A program made the translations under genes and the position numbers. From the NCBI GenBank assembly GCA_010093815.1, contig ML996568.1: a DNA stretch of 64,000 nt; one strand, given 5' to 3'. Positions 52,490 to 64,000 of the stretch are shown in pieces. The notes beneath the pieces were generated by a model. That model was not told where the DNA came from and made no database searches. It worked only from the letters and a program-made list of their open reading frames with translations. Position 1 is the first letter of the stretch. Each line of letters opens with the position of its first letter. This DNA is from Pseudovirgaria hyperparasitica. Taxonomy: Eukaryota.

Positions 52490-55400
52490 TGTTAGGGCTG
52501 ACACTAGGATAGACTCAACTAGAATACTATGGTCTAGTACGGTCCGTGACAGGTGGACCCAGGGTAAGCCAGCTAGAATAAGCAAGACCACTATATAAGT
52601 AGGCCGCATACACTTAATTCCTACTCTTTAGGAATTAACCTTATTAAGAGAGTAGACTACCCTTTTAAATATATTCCCGAATCCTTCTATGACCTGTTAG
52701 ACTACTATCCTACGTCTATAATTCTTATATTTTAATTTCTCTTTATATAGCACGACGGTAGTTCATAGAAATGGCTCTAACTACTCGTTATAATACCCGT
52801 CGCACCGCCTCTTATAGTAGACCTTCTCCTAACCTAAATGAGGAGAATAGTCTATCTATAACTACCCCTACCGATAACTATATCTTATAGGCTATCGCAC
52901 TAATAACTCGCACGATATTCTATGTAACTATGGAAGATATTATAGAATACGAGGATAGAGTCTATTATACTCTATCTCGGTCTAGTTCGAACTATACTAG
53001 ACCTAACCTTAATATAAGGCTAGACTTTATTAACGTTAACGAGTTAATCCGTTAGAATCGCCTAACGTTAACCATACCTTATAATAACGTGTATACTAGA
53101 CTATACGAAGAGAGGTAACGATAGGTTTAACTTAAGTAATAACTACGCGAACTCGACGAAGCTTAAGAACGCACTATAAGACTTAAAGCTATATTACACG
53201 CTTTAGTTCTAGTAACGACTAATCTATATTTATATAGACCTATACTAACTAAAACGATCTATCCTAGTCTACTACTATCCTAATTACCCCGATCTAAGAA
53301 ACCACCTTACTTTAATAGTAAAAGTAGAAAGAGTTTCCACGTATAGGCTTACTAATATAGCTGATTCTTCCATCTATTCACGAATAATAGCGATAAAATT
53401 AGATTCGCCTAGAACTACCTCGACCCGACGCCTTTAGAACGTTAGATAATATACCGAATTGAATATTCTAAGGATACCTATAACTAGGACACGTTTACCG
53501 AATTTCTCCTCTAATATTTTAGCGATAGGGCTAAACGACGCGACTAGGCCTAGGGCCATATCTTCGAGACTCGATAACGAGATAATTAGTTACCGTTATA
53601 ACTCCTTAAATACCTTCGGCCTCTCTAGAGAGAAGCCGAAGAAGATCGTATAATTCGATAGTACGACGACTTTAAACGGTCCCTTACCCTAAATATAAAG
53701 AACCGTCTCGACCTTATAACGATAATCTCTATAGACCTCTAAGCTCTTATAAACCTCGCGGAGTAATACTAGCGTATAATAAATAATTAACGCCGCGCTA
53801 GTATATGACTATCCCTAACGATCTAATTAAACGTAAAATCGTCTAACTAAAACCGATTTAGTAATAGATCTCGCGGGACGTTATAAGGCTACTACTACGC
53901 CTCAAATTTAAAACCACGCGGATCGTATCGTGGATCTCTCTACCAATTAATATATTAAGATACGAGGACCGACTTATATAAACGACCTAAAGTCACTTAC
54001 TATACCTATAGTAGAATAGACTATATAGTACCTAAGTACCGTTTAGGGAAGCCACCGAGTGCTAATATAACTAACTAACTAGTTATATACTATAAGTACT
54101 AGTAGCTAGGACACATCGCGCCTAACTACCTAGTATAGAATATAAAAAACTAATAGCCTATAAGAAACCCTCGCGACTTATAGATATGACTATAATAGAG
54201 GGGTAATCCGCTAAATAGTATATTAAACTATAGGCTAGACCTATTAAGGTCCCTTATAGATAATATTAGACTATAATACTTAATAGTAGGTCGGCTACTA
54301 ACGTTATGTTAACCTAACGAGCACGAGAACTTAACGCCGACATCCAAGCTCTAATAGGTGCCATGTTCTATAGTATCGACGGTCCTATTAAGTCATACGG
54401 TATCTATACTATTAAATATAGTATCTAGGATAGCGGAGGGAAATAGAAACTCTACTACTTAACCTTTATCGTGGTAGATAGTCCCTTTAATATAATCCTA
54501 GGTATACCGTAGCTTAAGAAATATAATCTAAAACTAGACTTCCTTAAGAAGACAGCTAGCTAGCGTATAAACCTACCTTAATGGGAACTAGTATAGCTTA
54601 TCGACGACGAATAATTCTAGAAAGATTATAAGAAGGCGATCTCTACTATCTACGTACTCTTACTCACGTAAAATAGTAAGCTTAGTATTAAAGTGGACGA
54701 AAACCTACTATATTAGTATAAAATATACTAACATATTACGTTAGCGATCGATTTCTCCGAACTACCTTAATACTAACCTACTAACCTTACTATTAATCTT
54801 AAAGACGGCTAGTAACCTCTATATAGACCTATCTACCCTCTTTTAGAACCTAAGTTATAAGCCCTTTAAGAATATATCGAAAAGAACCTTACGCGAGGAT
54901 AGATTAGGCCTAGTATATCCCTAGCCGGAGCTCTAATCCTCTTTATAAAGAAGAAGGATAGGAGCCTCTATCTATATATCGACTACCGTAGCCTAAATAA
55001 CATTACACGAAAGAATCGTTACCTACTACCTCTTATCTCCGAGTCTATTAATAGACTAGGACGCGTAAAGATCTTTACTAAGCTTAATCTACGTAACGCC
55101 TACTATCGCCTTTATATTAAGGAAGGCGACGAATGGAAAACGGCTTTTAGGACCCGTTATAGACACTTTAAGTATACCGTGGTCCCTTTTAGACTAACTA
55201 ACGCGCTAGGCATCTTCTAAGCGTATATTAATAACGTACTAGTAGGCCTACTCGACACGATATATATCGTGTACCTAGATAATATCCTTATCTTCTTAGA
55301 TAATAAGGAGGAGTATATCTAGCACGTACGTATAGTCCTAGATAGGCTAGAAAAGCATAAGCTATACATTAAGCTATCCAAATACGAGTTCCATTAGGAC

Positions 55401-58400
55401 TATATTAACTTTCTTAGCTTCGTTATTACTAATTAAGGTATAACCATAGAGAGAGATAGAGTTACTACTATTATAGACTAGCCTAAACTAAAATCCGTTC
55501 GAGACATACGTATCTTTATTAGCTTCACCAACTACTACCGAAAATTTATTAAACACTTCTCCCGTTTAGCCGCACCACTTAATACGCGTACTACTACCAC
55601 CGACTCGTCCATTACGGTCTATGGTAGATAGAAATAGCGTAATATTAAATCATAATCTATTAAATTAACTAAGGTCAAAAGAACATCCTTCGAGAAGATT
55701 AAAGAAGCATTTATAACCGCCCTATTACTAGTATACTTCGACCTAACCAAATCTATTCACGTCGAAACTAATATATTAGAATTTATAATCTCGGGTATAC
55801 TCTTCTAGCCTAGACTAATAGAGTCTAAAAAGGTCTAATAGTATCTAGTTACGTTCTTCTCGTGTAAGATAGCCGACGTCGAGACTAGATATACTATTTA
55901 TAACCAAGAGCTACTAGTAATAGTAGAGTCGTTTAAGTAGTAGCGATATTATCTTAAAGGTACTATGTATAACGTTAAGTTACTAACTAATCACTATAAC
56001 TTAAAGGGGTTTATAAGTACGACGGTTTTAAATCGTCGATAGGTTCGATAGGCTAAGTAGCTTATAAATTTCTACTTTATAATCTACCATCGACCTAGAA
56101 GTATAAACCTAGCTAATAGAATATTAAGAAGATCTAACTATAAAGAAGGCGCCTAGGATTATAGTAGCTATAGGGTCCTAGAGTAGCTATAGGCCCAACT
56201 CTTAAGGACGAGGTTAGATAATAAGTTATCTAACGATTAGCGAGATGCTAACGCCGATACTAGTAATCGAATTTATAAGACCGAAGCCGGTAACTAAAGA
56301 CGCGGTACCGAAGTCCCTAGTAAGCCATTTATTAGCGCTATTAGGGAGGGCGATAGTGCCCGGCGTGTATATTAAGTAGACCTTACCTAGTTAATTATAG
56401 ATCTATAAAAGACAGACCTAATAGTTTTAAAGTTACGTAAAATATAGTAAGATAGGTTATTACGGACCGAAGTAGACTATAAGTAGACCTTCGTAGACGG
56501 CTTACTCTACTATAATAGAAAGTACTATATACCGACGGGCAACACACGATTTACTATAGTTAGCCGATACCATGACGCTAACCTAGTAGGACATTTCGGG
56601 TATATACGCACCCTAAGCTTAATTCGTTAGTACTATTTTTAGAAAGATATACCTAAGTACGTCGAAGAATGGATAGCTACTTATCCGATTTATTAAAGAA
56701 TAAAGGCATCTAGATATAAGCCATATAGGAACTTATAGCCTCTACTAGTCCCCCTCTTTATATAGGAAGATATTACTATAGATTTTATAGTTAACTTATC
56801 TCTAAGTAAGATACTTAGGATAAGTTATAATTTAATTCTTATTATCGTAGATAGACTTATAAAGATGTCTAGGTACGTCCCTATATAGAAGACGATCACA
56901 TTAAAAGAACTAGTATAAGTATTCTAGAACAAGATTATTAAGGTCCATGGTATACTAAAAAGGATCGTTACGGACTAAGGGAGTATATTCACGTCTAAAT
57001 TCTAGACGTTATTCTACGAAATGGCCGGTATAAATAGAAACATGTTAATAGTATTCTATCTATAAATAGATAGTTAGATAGAGCGATAGAACTAAACGCT
57101 CGAGGCCTACCTTCGTGCATTCTATAATTTCGAATAAGATAACTAGGCCTCTCTACTAAGTATAGTAGAATTCGCGTATAATAATAGTCGTTATAGTATA
57201 ATAGGTGTTACGCCCTTCTAGGCGAACCTAGGACGTAGTCTAAGGATAGGTTTCGAACCTTATACGGTCTAGTTCGACCGAATGATAGATGTTAACGTCC
57301 ACGCGTAGAAACTAGTAATTAAAATCTTTAAAACCGCACGCAACTATCGTGTAATAATCTAGCAAGCGAATAAGTCGTATATAAAGTACTATAATAGATT
57401 AGTTAAAGATCAAGCGTACGAGAAGGGAGACGAAGTTCTCCTTAACGTTCGTAATATACGAACATCACGAGTAAATAAAAAGCTCGATTATAAAATAGCT
57501 AGTCCCTTCCGAATTAAACGTCGTATTAGTATAAGAGCCTACGAGCTCGACCTAGAAAACGATATAAAAGTCTATAATATATTCCACGTCTTATTACTTA
57601 AAAGGTTTCGACCTAACGTATATAAACGCACGAACGTATAATTATACTCTATTATACCCTAAGATAGACTAGACGTGTACGAAGTAGACTATATTATTAA
57701 ACATAGACTCGACGAGAACGGTGTCCAAAAGTATCGAATCCGTTAGAAGAACTATACTAAGGATAAGAACACCTAGGAACCTACGGTACATATCTTAAGT
57801 GCCGCGATAGCTATATATAAATAGAGGTTATAGAATAACACGTTACTATCGTAAACCTAGCGCCGTTAGGGCCGTCGTAAAAAGAAGAAGAATACTATAG
57901 AGAACGAAGTATCGAATCACGAATCCTAAACGCACACTAGAAAAACTCTATAAGGCAGCCCTATAATTTAAGCGATATACGCTTACTAAACGCGAAGAAA
58001 ACGTAAATAACCATTATAGGCACGCGACGCGATATATTATAATAGAATAATATAGAGAAGTCTAGAATAGACTAATATAGACTATTATACACGAGAAGAA
58101 CATAGAACTAAGAAACTAAAAAGGTACCCTACTACGGAATTAAACTCGTGATATACAACATAAAAGGTTAGAGTACCCGAACCGATAACTACTAGGCCAC
58201 TGGTTTAGATACTCTAATATAATTTAGAGAGATAAACTAATTTATATACGATGCCTACACTTAAGTAACTTAAAGGAAATTAGAACCTAAAATTTAATAG
58301 TTATAGAATAAATAAGAACGTATATAATATCATTAAGTTAAGAATTAAATTACTAAAAAACTAGTAGATAGGTATCTAAACGGTCTAAAAAGGACTAAAA

Positions 58401-60500
58401 CGGATAGAAACCAGGTAGATAGAGCTAACATATACTATATAGAAACCCTAGCAAACAGAGCCATAGAGCTACTCCTCTATCTTATTATTACTCTTAGAGT
58501 ATAGCGAACGAACTAACTAAGTAATAGAGCGATAGAGGTTAGAGACCTTATCCTCTAGAGTAACCACGCGCTTAGTTAGAGTCTAGTAAGACGACGACTA
58601 AGCGCTAGAGTAGAGTAACTAGACCTAAAGTTAGCTAACGCGGTCTAGAATAATCTAGAATAGAATATATACCCTCTTATGAGGTAACTTAGAAGGAGAA
58701 CTAGTAGACCTCTTATAAGACCCGTTAGTAGCACGAGGCGGGCGGGAAGGAATAGCACGAATCTCTTCTACGGCCTTAGTAGCTAAAACTAACTCCCTAG
58801 AATAGGTAGCCTAAGCGCTAGGAATCTCGCGGCGACTAAAAATTATAAGCTAAGGTTAATAATAATTAACGGTTTCTAAACTCATACTTTAATAACCTCT
58901 AGAAAGAGCTTATAGCGCTCCCTAAACTCCCTACGTATAGAAGCTAGGTAACCGCTAGAACCGCTAAGAGTCTCACGGACGCGAAGATCGTTATATATAT
59001 CTTATATATAAATAGAAACCTAAAAATATATTAGTATAGACGACTTTAGATTACCCTAGACTAAAATAGTCTAATAGACTTACCTAAAGATAAACTTTAC
59101 CGAGGACGGTATAGCGGCGGTAGTAGGTAGAGAGCTTAAAGATTAGGTGTATAGGCCTATCGCGGTTAGTAGAGTAGTAGCTAATACTAGAGTTAGAGCG
59201 GAAGAGATATTTAGAGCCGGTGGCGTAAGCCTTAATATACTTAAAGTATATTAAACCGTAGTTCGCCGTTTTCCTATAGCGTAAACCGCGACTACGTTTA
59301 GTATCTTCGGCGACCTAGGCCTTATTATTACTAGGGCTAGGTTTAGAGCGAATATTAAGGTTCTAAAAGGACCTAGAGTAACTAAGTCGGTCTATATTAG
59401 ACCGAAAAGAGGAACGGCGTTTAGAGCGAGGCGGCGAAGGTATAAACTCTCGATTATTATCTACGACGAGATCTTCTTTATCCTCTAAAGGAGGTAGAGT
59501 AGATAGACGGCGCGAGTAGGTGTAGGTAGACTTTATAGCTACCTCTTCCGTAATACTAGTACTAGGATTACCTAGATTAGAGCGACTAGTAGCTACGTTA
59601 GTAGTAATAGTAGTAGTAGCCTTAGCTACCTTCTTCTCTAACTTAGAGCGCGCCTTTATACTACTACGATAAGTGGATTTTTTAGCCGGTATAGCCGGGG
59701 TAGAGATAATCCCTTTAGAGCGAGTCTTACGAGAGGAGGAGGTAGGCTTAGAAATAGGACTAGTATTAGATATCTATACACACACGTTAGCTAGAGATCT
59801 AAGAGTAGAATACTCGTTTAGCCTTAAAGGCGATTAAAGAAGCTAAATTAGTAACCATAATAACGCGAATGGATTATATAGGACTAGCTCTAATAAAAAT
59901 AGACTACTCTAGACCCGAACGGATCTAAACTAAAGGAGATAGTATATGAATTAACGACTTACCTTAAGAGTAAGGTAGATATACTAGAGAAGAAAATTTA
60001 GAATAAGAGAACTAAATATAAGCTTAGTTAATATGGCGGTCATATAACCCGCGGAGCTACCTCTAAGGTAGTAGCTATAAAGTAAGGGATAAGCGCGTAT
60101 ATAAATAAAAGTGAACTAGAGCTTAAGTTTACTAATATAAAGACTATTAATAACGTTATATAGATTTAATTAGATACGCGCATAAATATAACGCTTATAG
60201 AATTATGGATTTATATATAGCTAAGTACTTTAGGGCGAAGCATAAAAAGAAGAAGGATATTATTAGGGCTAATACTAGAATAGACTTAACTAGAATACTA
60301 TGGTCTAGTACGGTCCGTGATAGGTGGACCTAGGGTAAGCTAGCTAGAATAAGCGAGACTACTATATAAGTAGGCCGTATATACTTAATTCCTACTCTTT
60401 AGAAATTAACCTTATTAAGAGAGTAGACTACCCTTTTAAATATATTCCCGAATCCTCCTATGACCTATTAGACTACTATCCTACGTCTATAATCCTTATA
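52490..60500 (+). mobile_element. Ty3/Gypsy chromovirus family F, with both LTRs (52490-52729, 60261-60500)
   Basis: 240-bp LTRs starting TGTTAGGG; 5-bp TSD ccgtt; two CCHC knuckles (~54000, ~54090); AAAAAAC slippery site (~54144); RT VYLDN (~55270); chromodomain YEVD...YRIR*KNY...T*EP (57678-57800); PPT aaaaagaagaagga. Confidence 0.95.
58448..59773 (-). pseudogene. Antisense, multi-intron accessory gene of family F (basic low-complexity N-terminus, six-Cys motif, coiled-coil-like C-terminus), RIP-mutated
   Basis: Acceptor gctaac-gtgtgtgtatag at 59774; ~230-codon exon ending ICFKCIKAY...SC...CRRCTVLGKVCLQ after de-RIP; introns 59083-59020 (gtaagt...ctaat...tag), ~58887-58850 and 58672-58625 (gtatat...gctaac...tag). 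Confidence 0.65.
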
Positions 60501-63500
60501 CCGTTAGGGGTAAGCGGTAAGGCTATCATTAATAAGATATATAATAAGCTTTATATATAAGATCGCATAGAATACCCAATATAGATAATACTATTTAGTT
60601 TCCTAATATTTATTATATACTCTATAGTAAAGTTACTTACCTAGATATCGCGCGAGGACGCTAGTCGGGTAGTTAGAGATATAAGAGACCTAAATAAAAT
60701 TAGTATTAAGGACTTCTATCTATTACTACTCTAGGGCGATATTATCTAACGTGCGGCTAGAAAGAAGTTTATATCTATTATTAATATAGCTAGCTTCTTC
60801 TACTAGTGGCCGGTTACTAAGAAAGACCGTTATAAACTAACGTTTATATTATACTAGGGCTAGGAGTAGTTAAACGTTATTCTAATAGGTTTCTATAACT
60901 CTCTACTATATATATAGAGGTAGATTAATAAGATCTTACATGACGCTAGATACGAGGTGTTTACTATGGCGTATATTAATAATATTCCCGTATTTAGTAA
61001 GGAACTTAACGAGTATCTTAACTACCTTTAGTAGGTATTTACTATACTATAAGTAAGAAACCTAACGCTTAAAGGTAAAAAGTATTACTTAGAATATCTA
61101 TCTATTACTCTACTTAGTTAGAAGGTCGACGCTTATAGACTCTCTACTATAGCTAAGAAATTAGTAGCTATATATAATCTCTAGTATTCTAAAACGCTCG
61201 ATAAGCTCGAATACTACCTTAGACTAACTAGATAGTTATAGTAATACGTGCCATATTATACTTAGCTCGCCTAGAATCTATAGGCTAAGAAAACGCGTCT
61301 TCTTAAAGAAGTATCTTTAGCGGGATATATATATATAGCGTACTATAAATAAATAAAGATTACTTAAATAGACTAGCTATTAGTATTATAGAAGGGTATT
61401 TAGACCGCCTTCGTAGATAAGACTAAGCTTATCTACTATAATCTAAAACGATAGCTCTATATAGATATTAACGTATTAAAGTACGGCTTTAGAGTCTTCG
61501 CTTACTATATTAAAGAGAAAGTAGATAATATTATAAAGATTAGATAATTAGATATTAAGCCTATTCTATATCTTAGTAAAGAACTCTCTATAGCCGAGTT
61601 ACGGTACTAGCTAATAGAGCTAGAAGTAGTAGCGGTTATATAGACTATACGCTAAATATACTATATAGTTAATGGTTTAGACTAACTAATAATTATTATT
61701 ACCGACTACGTAGCCACGCTAAGTATTATTTAATAGATAGTACTTATAAGCTTATTAGTCGATAAGCTAAATCTCCGACTAGTACGAGTCTTATAGTATC
61801 TATTATAGTTTAATCTAGAGCTTAAATATAGACTAGGTAAAGAGCACGTAGTACCTAACGCTCTTTCTCGGCTCTATTAGATCTATAATAGAGTCTAGCT
61901 AAGAGACTTAGATATTCTTAAGGAGCTCTCGACGTTTAACATTATAATAGTTAAAATTAACCTAAAATTTATAAGGTAGCTAGCTAACGTATATAATAAT
62001 AATAAGTACTAGATAAGTATAAAAGCTATAGTACTAGACTAGGATAACGATATTACCCGACTAATTCCTTTTTAATTTACTAATAGTATAATTTATTATA
62101 TTAATTAGCTTAATAGATAATATTAGATCTATATACTAAAATTACTTAATAGGGATATCTTCGCTTAATTCCATAATAAAAGCACTTATATAGGATTTTT
62201 CTAAGTATACGATTAAATTCGCGCGGGCTACTTTATTTATTAGCTTATAAAGTGTCTAAAGTACTATATTTAGTACTATCCTACCTATAAAACTTACTAG
62301 ATATAAAGATATACGCCGTATAGTAAATTAAAGCTAGTCTAGTTACTACTAATACTATTTTATATAGTTATAATAGACTTTATTATTAGACTACTAATAT
62401 AGAATAGGCTTAACGCGCTACTTACTATAATAGATAAGTTTACTAAGCGAATCTACCTCGTCCTAGGCCGGAATAACTAGACTACTACGTAATAGATAAC
62501 TATATTTAGGAGGAGTATACTACTAGAATAGAGAGTTCTAGCTATAATTATTTATAATAGGGACCGAAAATTCCTATTATTATTTTAGAAAGGAATTTTC
62601 GAGGGTATTAGTACTAAAATCCTAGTATTAACCGCTTATTATAAATAGAGTAATAGTTAAAGCGAATATACGAACTAAACGGTAGAGATTACCCTATATT
62701 TTCTTATTTTAATATTACTAGCTATAGGCTAGATAATCTATATTCTATTAGTCTAGCGGCTTATAAATAATTTAATAAACGCCTTAATATAAAAATCTCT
62801 AAATAAGATAGTATACGGCTTCTAACTATCTAAAGGTACTCTATTTAAGAAGACTAGTTTAATAGAAGTAAATAATTACGCCTGAAAGCGTAATATAAAC
62901 CGGAAAGAGATATTAGATATACTAGTATTCGCCTAGACGCGCATGAAGAAGCGTTTTAATAGGTGCTATATATCTCTACTAGACCTCGCTCCTAGCGACT
63001 AGATCTATATTTAACTATATAAAGGGTATAAGATTCTAGACGCTTATTATAAGCTTAGCTAATAATAAGTCGGACTAGTACTAATTAAATATATAGTAGG
63101 CCGTTAGATGTACGAACTAGAGCTACTAGAGATATAGAAAATATATCTAGTAATATCTATTAAATAGTTAGAACTATTTCTAAAGGATCTTAACCGCTTT
63201 AACCGTAGAGAAGATATATATCTACTTACTATTATAAATAAGTAGATAGTAATAGCTATCTATAATTAGTACTATATTTAAATCGGGCGTAATTATAAAC
63301 TAACCGTTAAATACTAGGTAATAGTATATAGCAATAGTCTAGAATTCGGTTAGTAGATATAGTAAAGTATACTCCTATTAGACTTAGTCGAAGAATACGA
63401 CCTTAGATAAGTCTATAGAAATAGTCTACTAGGAGCCTAGCTAGGTCGATAACTACTTAAAGTCGTAATATCTATCCGCCCCTAGCTATTATAGATAGAG

Positions 63501-64000
63501 AGCCGTTAATATCTATTATAATAAGTAGCGTTATAATATATATATTTACTAAGTATTCTATAGATATATAACTATTAAGTACTTCCTTATATTATTCGCT
63601 TAAAGATTAGTACCGGACCTAGATCTATTAACTAAAGACGACTACCACGGTTAAGCTAACCGTATAGCCTACTATTTATAGTTACTAATCTATAAATATT
63701 CTATAATATCGACTAATTACTATATATAACTAGCTTTATCCTTACTAGACCTAGTATATTAATTTAGTAGGCTTATAATAGTTATACTTAATCTAAACTA
63801 ACTAATATCCTTCTACGCCTACGTCTAAAGGTAGGCGAAAAGTACTACTAGTAGCCTATAGAAAAGATTTAGGCGCGAGTAAATATTAAACTAGCTAACT
63901 AACTATTCTATATAGCTCTATATAATGTAATAGCGAACTAGGTAGATTCTAAGAGTTTTTCTAGCTTGTTAAAAGCTTTTCTACTAATTCTTCTAGAATA

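Larger units (their letters stand above)
41375..64000 (+). mobile_element. Host Ty3/Gypsy element G, heavily RIP-mutated (pieces ~41375-43895, 51828-52489, 60501-64000); 3' LTR not seen in window
   Basis: Protease-like YLDIES = CLDTGS (~43621); frame rejoins across F as YPLGVSGKAIINKIYNKL; RT DIRDLNK...DFYLLLL and AYINN = YIDD (~60970); RNase H YIDIN; integrase-like region 62100-63200. Confidence 0.8.

Noticed and set aside
14290..53653. Short ORF-track entries in the AT-rich block (14290, 15517, 21300, 27491, 32848, 36440, 36561, 40304, 53459) as independent genes
   Set aside because: Off-frame or antisense by-products of RIP-mutated transposon sequence.
8811..60500. TTAGGG-like motifs (tagggttag in A LTRs, gttaggg at LINE 5' ends and F LTR starts) as telomeric repeats
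   Set aside because: Isolated single units inside element sequence; RIP readily creates TTAG; no tandem array.
8186..64000. Starship or other giant cargo transposon
   Set aside because: No tyrosine-recombinase captain or intact cargo genes recognised; nearly all sequence is explained by nested retroelements.

Overview
Filamentous ascomycete (Pezizomycotina-type) genomic DNA with two sharply different compartments. Bases 1-~8080 are GC-balanced and gene-bearing: the 3' end of a spliced UFD4/TRIP12-type HECT E3 ligase (+), a spliced fungal hypothetical membrane protein with an unresolved 5' end (-), and a spliced GT31/Fringe-like glycosyltransferase (-). Bases ~8090-64000 are an AT-rich, RIP-mutated stack of nested retrotransposons with two assembly gaps. 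Read by hand from LTR pairs and target-site duplications (family letters are my own labels), it holds three copies of chromovirus Gypsy family A, one related chromovirus F, two Tad1-like LINEs (C1, C2), an 11.4-kb non-chromo Gypsy D, a large host Gypsy G, a solo LTR (B) and a 601-bp TRIM (H). Most notable: (1) element D carries a third ~970-codon sense ORF whose de-RIPped C-terminal half has the HxD...H...R layout of a PhyH-like 2-oxoglutarate/Fe(II) dioxygenase; (2) families A and F each carry an intron-containing antisense gene with a six-Cys, Zn2Cys6-like motif; (3) a 31-bp palindrome recurs seven times across the unrelated LINE and Gypsy D families, twice in frame within gag-pol. All domain calls in the RIP region come from manual translation with C>T/G>A reversion, not from database searches.
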